Of a stretch of 64,000 bases of DNA, positions 28,605-44,080 are shown in pieces. The notes beneath the pieces are model-generated. The model ran no database searches, had not been told where the DNA came from, and was given only the letters and a program-made list of their open reading frames with translations. Position 1 is the stretch's first letter; each line of letters begins with the position of its first letter. The DNA comes from Fistulifera solaris. Taxonomy: Eukaryota. The position numbers were made by a program, and so were the translations under genes. The stretch covers positions 248,001 to 312,000 of the forward strand of contig AP026172.1 of NCBI GenBank assembly GCA_030295235.1, given 5' to 3'.

Positions 28605-29491
28605 ATGAAAGCTCAACTTGCCCTCTCACTTCTCGCTTCCACTGATTCATTATCAACTATACCAATCACTTCCTGTAGAACATTTCTTACGAACAAATAC
28701 TGCCCGGATCGTCGAGGGTTTTTGGGGTGGACGGCCAGTTTGATCCCAACCTGTGCCAACGCGTTGACACCCGAGGAAGCATCTCGTCAATATGATACCT
28801 ATGCTCCTTCTTACGACGACTTGGATGGTGGAAAAGTCTCGGTGGCTCTGGGAATCGAAGATGCTCGTCGAAAATTGATTTCCAAGGCCAAGGGAGATGT
28901 ATTGGAAATTGGGGTAGGAACCGGTACGTGCGAAACATTGTTCAACATGTGTAGCCGGCGTTCTTTCGTCGTTCACACTCGTTTTCTTCAAAAGGCCTTA
29001 ATTTAGACAAGTACCTAGATTCTCAATTGACTTCACTAACGTTAGTGGATATTTCGGAGGGGATGTTGAAGGAAGCACTGAGTCGACTGGAGAGTTTGCC
29101 AAATCTAAAGAAGGTGCCAGTGAAGTGGGTACAAGCGGACGCAACTAGCCAACTCGTCGATTTCTTTGGGAAGAAATCATTTGACACAGTCATTGATAGC
29201 TTTTCACTTTGCGTCATGGGTAATACAGGCGCAGTACGATCGTTGCAACAAATGGCGGACGTTTCCAGAAACGAGGTCCTTTTGCTGGAGAATTCGCGCT
29301 CATCGAACGCATTCTTAGGATGGTACCAGGATATCACTGCCGATGCCGCCGCAATGGCGGGTGGAAAAGGTTGTGTCTACAATCAAGATGTTGCGGCAAT
29401 GATCCAATCGACCACGAACTTGCAGATTTTGGAGGAAACATCCTATGCTGCTGGGTTGTATCGTTCGTTTGTTTGCAAGGTGATGAACTAG
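28605..29491 (+). CDS. Class I SAM-dependent methyltransferase with targeting presequence
   Basis: GDVLEIGVGTG|LN, VDISEGML, QADA, FDTVIDSFSLC and LLLEN motifs. Intron 28924-28994. Confidence 0.88.
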
Positions 29492-29681
29492 GTCTTTGAA
29501 TTCGCCATCATCAGGAATATATACAGAGCACTGAAATGTCAAGGTTTTTTTGAAAATATTCTATCATGTAATCTTCGACATGTACACGATTTATGACACA
29601 GTTAACACACAATTAGCATGGAACGCGAGAGCTGTCGCTGCATGGCTCTTCTGTGCGTGAGATGACGGCATGTTTGTTATT

Positions 29682-31726
29682 TTATTGCAGACCGGCTGCT
29701 GCACCGGGGCCGTGTAAACGACGATCGGTATAAGTGAAGCCCTCAAAGGGGTTGTCGACTGGTGTTGCGGAGAATCCATGCAAAGCACGATTTTGCGGGC
29801 TTAAAATAGGCATGTTGGTGAATTCCTTGTCGAACTGGCTCGTATCTAGCATGCCAGAAATCGTAGGCTTCCAAGGTGGAGTCATTTTTCCAGCCGCTAA
29901 TTTATTCCAGTCGATATCCTTGAAAAATTCGTGTGATTTAATTTCTTCAGCATCCGTTGGACCGCTTCCCAATCTCTTAGTCGGATCTTTGGTCAGAAGG
30001 CCTACGAGCACGCTCTTTGCTGGTCGTGACAAACTAGGTGGGTAAGGGAGCTCACTGTGTCGAATTTTTTCAAAGAGGCGATGTCGGTCTTGGCAATAAA
30101 ACGGGGGTAAGCTCGTGAGCATTTCGTAAAGAAGAGCTCCTAGACTCCACCAGTCAACGGCTCGACCGTGTCCTTGACGATTGAGAATTTCAGGAGCAAG
30201 ATATTCCGGTGTTCCACAAAAACTATTGGCACCGCTCGAACTATTGCTGATCCCTTCTTTAGACAAGCCGAAGTCTGTAAGACGGATGTGACCCTCGGCA
30301 TCTAATAGAACGTTTTCTGCAATTTGTCGAAAACATTACGCCGTGAGAACATTCACGCTATATCGAGCAACAAAAGTGACGTTCTAATCCCGAAGAAATT
30401 AACTTACCCGGTTTCAAGTCTCTGTAAATAATGTCGAGACTATGCACGTAACTGATCGCGAGAATGATTTCGGCTGCATAAAAACATGCGCGAGGCTCTG
30501 GAAACTTTCCTATCTTTCCTAAATGAAAGAACAGTTCACCGCCTGCACAATAATCCAAAACAAAGTAGAGCTTATCCTTTGATTGAAAAGCCATGTTCAT
30601 TCCTACGATGAAAGGGTGTCTCACATATCCAAGAACACTACGCTCTGTCTTCGTATGCTCGACTTGATTTCGCTTAATAATGTTGTCTTTTCTTAACACT
30701 TTCAGAGCATAGATCTGTCCCGTCATGTTTTCTTTGACGAGAAAAACCTTACCTGCGTTAAGCCGCCAAGGAAACGTGAGAACGAACTAACTTGCGGTCT
30801 CGCGAAGCGCTGCATCAGAACTTACCAAAAGATCCTTTGCCAATCACCTTAATTAACTTGAAGGAATCTAGCCGCGGAGCAGACTGTATCGGTTTAGAGT
30901 TGAAAGCATTGTTACTGCTAATAATATTCTCGGACTGGGCTCGCTCGATAGCACCGCCAATGCCTCCAGAAGCGCCTTTGACTGTATTTCCTCCCATTTT
31001 GAGCCCTTGTGGTACCTGAGTGTTCTGGTTCACATCATGTGCTCTGTGTTTGATTTCAGCCTGCAACTGTAATGATCTTCCTAAATGAGAGGCTCCAAGA
31101 CTTTGCGCCAAGGATCCGATATCTTCCACCATTTCAACTTCGCCGGCGAGATCCATAAGTTCCATTTCTTCGGCGTTTGTTATCGCTTCATCTGTTGGTT
31201 TGTAACGCTCTAATGCAGAGGGAATATAATCACCTTCATCAAAGTTGTCATCGTCTGCTACATCACCGTCGTCTCCTGCCATGAACATGTCATCCATTTC
31301 CATATCATCTAGATTGGTAGATCCTCCACCCGCATGTGCGCCATTGGGCGAGGCTCGCTGTGGAGGAACCGCCATGGGATTGAATTGCGTCCACGCGACT
31401 CCTTCGTATTGCGGCGGAATCATATTTGCCCCTTGACTGAGAAAATGGCGCGCTTCGATGGATTCTTGTACTCCTGGATACATCAGAATATTAGTCAGCC
31501 ATTCCTGCAATTCATTCCTTGCCAACATCAGTGCATTTAGATCATATCCGGGAGATAAAGAAGGAGGACACGGCGGAAGGGATGGCAAGAATCGTGATAA
31601 CGTTTCACCCAAAACTTTTAACTCGTCATGAGATCGAAACACAGTCCATGATTGAACGGGCTGATTGACCGCAATAGCGCACACCAGCCCTCCGCCCAGA
31701 GTCGTTGGGGCGCACCCAACAATCAT
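29682..31726 (-). CDS. AGC Ser/Thr kinase (SGK/Akt/S6K-like) with N-terminal PX-like domain
   Basis: IGKGSFGK, YALK, YRDLKPEN, DFG, SFCGTPEYLAPE, turn motif FDKEFT and hydrophobic motif FEGFTY. PX-like WTVFRSHDEL...LQEWLTNIL...HFL. Two introns near 30317-30407 and 30754-30824. Confidence 0.92.
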
Positions 31727-33024
31727 GACTGCGAATTGGGCTTGTTGTGAAGAGTCGGTCTGGTGGAAACGTAGGAAAGATAATATTATGGTGAGAAAAG
31801 CGGATCACGGTGTTTCTGAGGACACAACTCGACGGCGTTCGTAGAAGAAAGCACCCAAAACATAAAGAACGCTTTTCACGCATAAAAAGGTTTTCGCTTG
31901 AAAAATTCAAATACAAGCGTGCAACCTTATTTCTCTTTAGCTTAAACGGCGGGCAACGCTGCGTTAAAAGCGCCATAAACTAAAACACAACTTTTCTTTC
32001 TTAACAACGAGTCTTTTTCCTTCGTTCTCTCACCTGTATCTTCCCCGGCGAAGACATGCTTTCACCACTCTGTTGATTACTCAAAACAAAAAAGGACCAA
32101 TAAGGTTAGTCGGATAAGAAGTATAACAACTACAACAGCGAGTCATGTGTCTTGTGTTAATAATGAGCTAACTCCATCACGAATCCTTCTGATTTTCTCC
32201 TCCGCCGCCAACGAAAATTCGAGAAAGAGCCAGGATGGAGGGAGGAGTAAGCAGAAAGCCGAGGTTCGGATCTACTTTTTCACACCACAAAAGATAGATA
32301 GATGTCCGGCTCACGGTACAACATTCACGAGCGCTTGTACACAAAAAGACTATTTTGGATTTTGGAAAACCAAAGACTAGGCAAAATTGTCGGCTCACCG
32401 CTCACCTTAATTACGTCTTTTTCCTATTACGTAGAATGTACGTGTTGCGTGTCTTAGTAGGTTAGAGTTGTACATGGGTGTACAATGAAAAGAACCAAAA
32501 GTAGAACGTCACATTGAAGATAGATTTATTTAGTACTTACTTTCTAATCTTGGCGAAATTTCATTGGTTTCAGCTTTCAGCATTCCGCTTTTCAAATTTT
32601 TATCCGAGCTAAAATTTCTGCAAAACGTAAAACGTCAGTCAGGAAGAATTACGTCGCACCGGTAAGCGCACAATTTAGAAGCCACCTTTTGCTCGAAACC
32701 TGAAACCTTAACGCGCAATGCAGAAATAGATCCTGTCGTTTTTTTGACTGCAATTGTTATAATCGTCAGAATCTAATCTTGACATTCGACTGAATACCGC
32801 AAGAATTTTCGTTGCATTGCGAAGGCCGAGATACTTTGTTTTGATTAATCAACCATCTTCCGCTAATTTGTTCAAAGTAAGTACATTCTTTGAATAAACA
32901 GCAATCCACGTTGCCTGGTCGACGTCTTCTGTGATGATGAACGAACACCATTTGAAACAAAAAGGCGTGCGGTATTCTTTATTTCTCAAACCACCTTCTG
33001 ATTCTATTATTTTAGCTTGAAAAG

Positions 33025-33243
33025 ATGGACGCACTTCCTCCCAATGATCCGAACGACCCAAACAGTCGACGTTCATCTCGTGAGAAGGAAATTCCTCATT
33101 CTGTGGGGCAGCAGCGAAGTGAACAGCGAAATGCAGACGGCACGATGGACGTCTTGGGTAATCTGCAGGATTCACCTATTGTCGTGGCAATGTTTCTGAT
33201 TGGAGTTGCAAGTTGGTTCTTACGAACTCGTTGCGTATGTTGA
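33025..33243 (+). CDS. Possible small single-pass membrane protein
   Basis: Short ORF with a hydrophobic C-terminal segment and a possible splice donor. No recognisable domain. Confidence 0.25.
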   Translation: MDALPPNDPNDPNSRRSSREKEIPHSVGQQRSEQRNADGTMDVLGNLQDSPIVVAMFLIGVASWFLRTRCVC

Positions 33244-33518
33244 GTGCGCACAAACTTATCTGCAAGTTCTCAGTGATCAGGAAGTAAATGAAACCACCAG
33301 GACGTTGCAGAGAACTTATTTCATTTCATTTATACGTAGTGTTTCGTCAACATCTGTTGTGGTTTCGTAAATAATGTAGGGTGTAATCGTATACCCTTTT
33401 CAGTCACGCGGCATGCTTTTCTAGCGCAATCCACCATTGTGCAATAGCGGTTCTAGCGGGTAGTAAAGAAGATTGTGTTGATGACAAAACAACCATTAAA
33501 CACATTAATAAATCACTC

Positions 33519-35810
33519 CTACGGATTAGTTTTCTCGGGTGTAACCATTGCGGGCATTGTTAACATTGTGTCCGTCGAATCGGACTTGAGAACTTCGATA
33601 CTTTCGTCGTGGTACATTTCATCAGAATTTATCGCGTCAGTTGTAGTGATGCCAGGCGATCCGGTGATGACAGAGAGCTTCGGTCGCCTGGCAATAATTT
33701 CCTCCTCTTCTTCATGAGCAGTCATGCATCTACCAAGAGAGAACGTGTGGGCGTGCACAAAGTTGCCGGATCTCATCACATGAGGTCGGGAAACAAGGAT
33801 GGGTTCCGGTTTGTCAACAATATTGCGAGGAGGAGAGTGATGAATGATGAGAGGCGACGACGTGGGAGAAGGCGTTGACGCCGATCTCGGTATCATGTAA
33901 GGACTCCGGGGCGGCCTGGCACGAAATTTGTCATGACGAACGCATTGGCTAATGGCAGGACTAGAGGACTTGTGCTTTCGCTCAATCGAGGCTTTCGCTA
34001 CCTCAAACACCAAATTTCCCATCTCGGCGGGAGAGTCTTCTCGTTCCTCACCCTCTTTCCCGTGGCCCGAGTAGAGGAGCTTTCTACTGTCTCTCGAAGA
34101 GAAAGTAGTTCCGGGAGCCGTTCAAGATAGGAAACAATTGTTGGAGGCGGTCCTTCTTGCGACGAGATGGAAGCTGTCGTATGAGTACCCGTTGTGCTTT
34201 CCGAAGTAGACGCTGATGTCGTCGTTCCGCTTTGTGTGCGGGTCATACCACTGACCTGCGATCGAACGAAAGAAGTAATAATCTGCCCTGTTGATAACGC
34301 CGTTTCCGTGAAAAACCGATCCAAGGGAACGTTGGCCCCATCACGGAGCGGAACTGGACTATTTTCGACCGGTAAATAACAGTGTGTTGCGGTACTCCCA
34401 GTAGAAGAAGAATGAACACTTGCCAAATCACTCTCATTTTTAGTGTGCGCAACATTCATACCGGTGACCCTTCTTCTGGCTTCCTTGTTGGTTTCCATCA
34501 CTTCACGGTCGGTTTCTGAAATTGTCGATAGGCCGGATGCACCCATGCTAGAACCGATCGAGGCGGCATGAGTTGCGTGACCCGAGCTCGAACCGGTCAC
34601 AGACGACCGGGCCGTTCCGGGTGACTCCGTTTCGCTGGCATCTCCTGCTGCCATGCGCGTTGGACTCGGACTAGGGAGTGTCTCCAGCTTCTGGTCCACC
34701 GAGGAGTATTTGATGCGAAGCGAATGTTCGTACTGCTTTTGCTCTTGTTGGTTTTCCGCATGATCTTCTGCCACTTGCGGATGGATGGGCGACGAGTTTG
34801 GGCTTTCCGACTGTAACTGAGCTTCAATGCGCTGATACGGTTCCTCTTCCTTGTCTGCGACTTCCGTATCCTTGATTGGAGGACTATACATGTCTTCGGG
34901 AGCCATTGGTAACGTAGACTTGTAGTCAGGCTCCGTTATAACAGTAATCGACGTGTCGGGCGCTGCGAGAGATTCGGCCTTAGCATCCCCACCGTTCTTT
35001 TCTTTTGCGTTTTGCCCTTTCTTGCCCTTGCCACCAAATCGCCGTCGGCGACTCAACACGCGCACATCTTCCAAGAAGCGAGCTGCCCGGGAAGCCGCTC
35101 CACGTCTTTGCGGAGTGCTGGCTTCTTGGGCTTCTTTGTCTGGCGTCATGTCCATGACCTCAATGGACGTTCGCTCCATATCTTCTAACTGCCATGCGTA
35201 ATACTTGACGGGGTCAAAAGCGGATCTTCGGGGATGCGTCACCGACGACGTATAGTTGACGCGCTGTGACGGTAAAGTGAAGGCACTTCGTCCTTCCGTT
35301 CCAATAGAAGTGCACATGCTATTTTGACGAAAGGAGGATGGCGTCGAACTCGACCTTTGCATAGGGTCAAGCGGAATCGGCGGGGGCATGATATTGGATT
35401 CTTCCTGATCCATTTCTTGGTCGAAGACCTTTGGTCGCCATTGAAGAGGCGACGAGCGGATATGTCGTAATTCGGGTTGCATCAAGTGTTGCGTGAAAGA
35501 AGATGGGCCGTCGGTAAGCAAGTTCAAATCTCCTTCTCCACACAGCTGTAAATCTTGGAAGCATTTGGATAGGCTGATCTTTGGCGTCATTCATGTAGTT
35601 CTCCCACCCTTGAACGAGTCTCGAAAAGGCTTCGGATCCAGTGTTCGCTCCGGGGACGAAATTGCTCATCACCGTCACATCTACACCGAGCGCAGCTGAT
35701 ACAGCCTGTAGTGGTTGAGGATATACAAGTGCTGTAGAGATCAATTCTTCGGCATCTGTTTCTTGTTGCGAAGCCGATTCGGCAGACGGTTTTTCCAGAG
35801 GACCGGTCAT
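33519..35810 (-). CDS. Large Ser/Thr-rich, probably disordered hypothetical protein
   Basis: Three overlapping ORFs (35367-35810, 33998-35590, 33519-34022) with coding-like composition, linked by frame changes near 35580 and 34057. Confidence 0.6.
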
Positions 35811-36509
35811 TTTATTTATTCGATAATCTGCAGCGAGAAAAAGAGGGTTTCGGCTTGATGAGACATTTTAATTCAAACAGAAACAAGACAGTCTACAGTC
35901 CTGGGAATATTCTCAACGAAGATCAACCGATCAGTGAACTCATTTCACCAACAAACCATCTTGTGGACGCACCTGCTGAGTCCTTTTAACAGCAATTTCT
36001 TTTCATTTACAGCTATCGTTCTCTTTTTACAACAATATAGATCGCTCGTCTTCGGATCACAATTTCAATGCAAGCCTGTTATCCAAGCCAAAACGTTCCT
36101 TGTTGTTTGCTATCGGAAATGCAAACACCGCGATAGCTCCCACCCATGGATCGCCGCTTGTCTAAGTGAAGCATTTTTTCGGATATAGGAGAAGAATTAA
36201 ATACAGCTTTGTATGGTCACTGACAAATTTCATTTCCGTTCCATTCTATTTCGGCACTGCTATTCTCTAAGTCGTTTGGCGCATTCTGGCGCGCCATTGG
36301 ATGGAGCTGTTAGTTCAACGGAAAGGGCGCTGCTTTGCTGTTTCTCCCTCCGCACGTCCGAACGTCGACCGTTGCTTTTGCTGCGGTCCGTCGTTGCGAG
36401 AAGAAACGTTTTTTCACGTCCTTCGACGACAAAGCAATAACCGGAAGTCCATCTTCTCAACTATAATACTTTTTTGTTGCTAGTTTTCTTCTATCGAAAT
36501 TAAATCAGA

Positions 36510-38763
<2,254 letters not shown>

Positions 38764-38873
38764 TTCGTCTCGCGTATTACTTTACAATTGTAATCTGAGG
38801 AAGAAACCATTAGTAACGACTTTACTAGATTCCGATGCATTTATCATGAATGATATCTTTATAATTCGAGTAT

Positions 38874-40042
38874 TTAACGCTTTTGTACGAGGTTTCTCAT
38901 CTTTTGGGTCTTGCTCGTGGGCATTTGTCGGGGTGCCATGCTGGGAACATGCATGACCTTTCCACCCGCCAGAGCCACTTGCGTGCGTCCTTCTATTTTC
39001 CGTTTCTTAGTAGCAGAAGCAAAGCTACAGCATCACCAAAAGAAGGATCACCTCGTTTGCTGGGACTTTGTATCAGTCGCTGATGCGATTGCACCGCTTC
39101 CTGGCGTATCTTGGAAAATTTACTCGCCGGAGCCACATTGAATGCCCGCTTGGCCACTGTTGAAGGACGTTCCAGTATACTATTTTGCTTAGCCGAGGCA
39201 GGTCGAACTTTGACTACTTTGGGTCGATCCGACGCTAATTTTTCTCGGGCTTCTCTCATTTTCTTTCCTTGACATGCTCGCAAATTATCCTGTCTCTCTT
39301 TTAATGCAGCAAATAGCTGTCTCCAACTCCAACACTTTTCCGCCAATTCCATATCCTTCAACAGAACTTCATCTTCTGGAGATTGTTGACCTTGTCCATC
39401 CGACGCAAGCGCCTTCCACGACCTCAGTGTCTCTTCCAACACTTCGATATCACTGGATGGAATTATCGCATCCTCCTTGTAACGTTTCACCAACTTGCGT
39501 AACATCTTTCCTGCTCCCGTCGCTTGTAAAAGCGAAACATTCATTGGTGATTCTCGTAATAGGTGCATCACTAAACTGCGTGCGTTCTCATCGTCACCTT
39601 CGAGCGTCGTCAGGCAGGTCTGGATCGATTTAACCAATTCCGGCCACGGCATCCGCAATGCCCGCGGACGACTCATTCCTTCTCTCCGAAATCGAAATTC
39701 GACACAATCCTTCCATACCAACCGATCGACTACGGGACTTTCCGCCAAATGTCGATTGTGGGCTTCGATTTGGGACAAGATCTTCTCCGTCAAGGCCGGC
39801 GCCTGTCGTCCACTGCCATCCAATCCACCCGATCCCGATCTCGGTTGCGTCTTTTGGTGTCGCAATCGAATTAAACAATCCCATTCTTCGGGATCGCACA
39901 ATCCAAAGACCTCAGGAGGATATTTTTCCAAATTTGCCACAAGAACGGATCGACACAAATCGACGAGAGATGTTTCGAAAGGATCGCGTCGTTGTGCGGT
40001 GGGGCGACTGTGCTGTTGATGTGTCGGACGTTCTGATTGCAT
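38874..40042 (-). CDS. Elongin A-like protein with TFIIS N-terminal-like domain
   Basis: BC-box-like SLVDLCRSVLVANL; ILSQIEAHNRHL...DRLVWKDC; SWRQLF. TFIIS-N-like LRESPMNVSLLQATGAGKMLRKL...LRSWK. Frameshift near 39022 gives a stop at 38874. Confidence 0.7.
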
Positions 40043-40560
40043 TCTTTGGGTTTTTGTTCATTTGATAAAGGGAAATGAATTGTACGATAAATCCGCACTT
40101 TTTTGAATAAATACTTGGTAGGAAGGAATAAAAAGAAAGGAATAACGACACGACACGACACAATGCGTGATGTGATCATGCAGGAAAGAAAACGCACAGA
40201 AAGAAACCGCTCCGCAATTTTAGTCACGCAGCAACGGTCGAACGACAAGCGAATTAAATTAGAGTATCATTCATTTTTACTGTAGACTGGAACGGAAGCT
40301 GTGTTACTGTACCTAAAACTGTGGTCGTAGTGTACCATGCCCGTTGACGATATAGCTCACCCAGTACCGGTAGGTCACCGCCATGACTCCTCAGCGAGCC
40401 AAAGCAGCGACGAGCGTCGAGCCAAGGATGAAACCATGGCAAACCTAATGTTTGAAAGCGCAGTACAAGTACCTGCTACAGCAAACTCTTTTCTTATTGC
40501 TTCAATAGTCGATTTACCGGAGATAATTACAAGTAACAAGTAAAGAAATCATTCAGCACG

Positions 40561-41573
40561 ATGACGACAGCAGAACCTAGCAATCCCGTTCCCGTCGACG
40601 CGACGCCTGGACCGATTTATATCGACACGCAGCACGAGGACATGGTCCACGACGCGCAGATGGATTATTATGGCTCCAAATTAGCCACGTGCTCGTCCGA
40701 TCGCACCATCAAGATCTACAACGTCAGTGAGAATGCGTATGAACTATCGGCGACGATTCAAGGAGGACACGAAGGACCGGTTTGGCAAGTCAGTTGGGCG
40801 CATCCGAAATTTGGAGTCTTGCTCGCAAGCTGTTCGTTTGATGGAAGCGTCTTGTTGCATCAGGAAGTGCGTCCTCGGGAGTGGACCGTCATTCACGCGG
40901 CTCGTCATTTGCACGAAAGTTCCGTCAATGGCGTGGCGTTTGCACCGCACGAACACGGATTGCTCGTCGCCGCCGCTAGTTCCGATGGTCGCGTCTCGGT
41001 CTTGCAACACGAAGCCGCCAACAACACGTGGGGTGTTCATTATCTTACCGATTGTCCATTGGGAGTCAATGCGGTGAGCTGGGCGCCTTGGGGGCTTTTT
41101 ATCAAGCGGATCAAGTCGAAGCGCCGCGTCTCGTGACGGCGGGTTGCGACAATCAAATTCGTTTCTGGATTTATCAGGAGGGACAGTGGACGACAGATTC
41201 GTCCATTGTATTGGATGTTACAGAAGTAGCACACAAAGACTGGGTACGAGATGTGGCGTGGGCACCGGTCTTGCTACCCAACCATAATATGGTGGCCAGT
41301 TGTTCGGAAGATGGATCCGTCATTGTTTGGACCCAAGTCCCACCCGCCAATGTGGATGGTGATGAGAATACCCAAGAAAGTTTCTCACAATGGAAGCCGA
41401 CTTTGCTTCACAAGTTCGACGCTCCGGTGTGGAGGGTCAGCTGGAGTGTTACAGGTCATTTCTTGGCTGTTAGTGCCGGGGATTCCGATGTTACACTATG
41501 GAAAGCTGGATTGGATGGTGCATGGTCGCAAGTCAGTACTGTGGATGCTCAATCGACTTCACAAGGACAATAG
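40561..41573 (+). CDS. SEC13: COPII/nucleoporin WD40 protein SEC13
   Basis: [56 protein letters not shown] and VWRVSWS. One G is missing at the run 41090-41094. Confidence 0.95.
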
Positions 41574-41692
41574 GCGCTTTCTAATAAGTCTAGGTAGTCC
41601 TTCTGATATCGCATTCGAAAATTAGAGAATTTTAACTAATATACCCCCGAATATAAAAACAACATAATCGACACATGTGTACAATCGCTTTG

Positions 41693-43498
41693 TCAAAAAG
41701 AACCAGCTTGGTGGAGCTGATCACGACTCTCTTCCGCACGGGATGACGTCGTGCTACTGGGTCGAAGTATCATCGGCGTAAACGAATCAAGTATTGAAGA
41801 AGTTGCCACCGGTGAGGGCTTAGAACGCACCGAGCTTAAGCCAGTGTGGCTACTCATCCGCAATCGGCCCGAGTATGCGGGCCTGTGATTATTATTGTAC
41901 GAGTGAGCATGATTTGAAGAAGAATGACCATAACCGTGATTTTGATGTGACGCTACGGATGGCTGGTATTGGTCTTCAAGATAGTCGTGAGGATGTCTCG
42001 TGTGATTTCCGAGTAGCAAGCCCATATGCCCACTCATCCCAGTGCGAAAGTTGATGCCTCCTGAGGATCCGCCTCGGGCTATCTGACCCTGTCGTTCTCT
42101 CCATGCTTGAGCACCAGCACGCATAGCGCTGGGTGACGGGTGTGATATGGAAGGGAGGAGAGCACCGAGGGTAGCCTGATGTGGCATAAAGTCCAAAAGA
42201 GAAGATGTTGGCATGTCAGGTAGAACAGCACGATCACTCGCGTAATTATCACCATCATCACCATCCCCGAAGAGTCGACCGGCAAAGCATGAGAGTCTTG
42301 CATTCTGGAAAGGTGGTGTTGGTGGCCGCTGTTGAAGCTGAGCCTTTTCGATAGCAATGTCATCTCGTTCTGCCGTTGTGTCTCGACTTCGCACCTCTCC
42401 GTACGCTGCGGTTGGTGTCACGTCCACTTCTGAGGCGTCATCCAGAGCGTTGCCCGAGAAGGCGGCGGCTACAATGACAGTCAAATCTTCATCATGTTCC
42501 ATTGAGGCCTGCAGACTATTCAGCATTCGAATAAACTGATTGTCGATATCACTTTGTTCAAGACGAAGCTCTTTCTTTCTCTTCGAAAGATTTCTCAGTA
42601 TCGCTTCTAGTTTGCATGCACGATCAAGCGAGTTCCCGACTAAAGAAGGAAGCGAGTGTCAGAAAGTGTCGACATAGCATGAGTTAAGAATATGAATTCC
42701 TTTCTCACCTTTCACAAGTTGTTGCCGATCCGCTTTCACATAACCATATCCCCTGGCTAGTTTTGCCCATCCCGAGTCAACTGACACAACTTGTACGCGA
42801 TCGCCGTAACTTAACCGTGCAGGACTGTCTACACCGGCAGAACCCTCTTTACTATCTGAAATCCGAAGAAGAGTGTCAATATCTTCGTCAGCTAGCGAAA
42901 CAGATTGTTCCTGCATTGCAGGTCGCTCGGGATAGATATCAAGTCCCTCTTTCTCGGCTACTGCATACGTCCCCGCCACTCCCACAGCGAGTGATGTACC
43001 CATCTTTATCTTTTCCTCCTCGTCATCATCGTCATCATCATCAATCATAGACCCCATGTTACGAATCTCTTCCACGCCTACAGCCGCCGACTTGTGCTCC
43101 GAATGTTCCCTCGGCGAATCTGAATACTTCCCCCAGTCATCATGCGAGGAAGAAAGGGCTGTCACTTCCACAAGAGATAATAAAACAACATTCTTGGGCA
43201 AGGGCAGTCGTTTTTTTACCTTGCGAATTTGCGGGTCACGGTTCTCCGCGGATCTTTGGCGCCCGGAATTTGCCCAGCTAGATCTCGAAGGAGCTATTGG
43301 AGAATGAGGGGCATTATTGTCTGCTGGTGCATAATAATAGAGCGGCGTCCGGCACTCCATACATTTTTCGAGTCGCTGAGCACATTGACAGCAAACATAA
43401 GTATGCCCACAGGGCAAGACGACCGGATAACGATCTTCGAGAGTGAACTCTTCGTAGCAAACGAAGCAATGAAACGAAAAGGGAGAATTCTGTGCCAT
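41693..43498 (-). CDS. RING-HC finger protein with SH3b-like domain and coiled coil (putative E3 ligase)
   Basis: CFVC...LPCGHTYVCCQC...CMECR; RLSYGDRVQVVSVDSGWAKLARGYGYV. One intron near 42640-42708. Confidence 0.8.
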
Positions 43499-44080
43499 TT
43501 TTCTTTCCAGCGAAAGATTTCAAACAGCAGATAAAACGATTCTTCTTCGTCTTGCACCGCTCTTTACTTGTGCAACAGATGTTCGGGTGATCAACCAAAG
43601 TTTCGCAAGACACGATCTTTGCACTTAGGCAGGGCGGGCTCTGGGCGACTTTCCGTTCAGAGACCTGCAACGGCGTTTCAAACAGAAAAGTCTATAGCGA
43701 TGGATCATAGTATAGAGTTTTATGTAGATGATGTCGTTTAATAATTGTATTGCAAACTGATAAATAACAGCGTGATCTCTATTTGAAGCAATGCTTCATC
43801 ATAGCTAGGATGTACTATGAAGAAGATACAATTTTCGCTATAGTCACTTACAATGTACTAGGTCCCAGACTTTGGATGAAGAAACTTCAAAGAGTAACGA
43901 AGCCGTGGCGCGGCGTCTTCTCGACATTTGCAGATTGGACCCGCCAGGAGCTATCGAGGCTAAACTAGCTAACGTCAGCAAAACCCGTAAGCTCTATTTT
44001 TGTCCTTATTAGACTCCCGTTGCTGGACAAAGTTGCGAGTCATGCAAAGTAAAGTGCCGAGTGCCGAGATTCATCGCAAA

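Noticed and set aside
31976..33000. Possible RNA gene or transposon in the longer intergenic stretches (also 52200-53000)
   Set aside because: No tRNA cloverleaf, rRNA similarity, TIR/LTR pair or transposase/RT motif could be recognised by eye.
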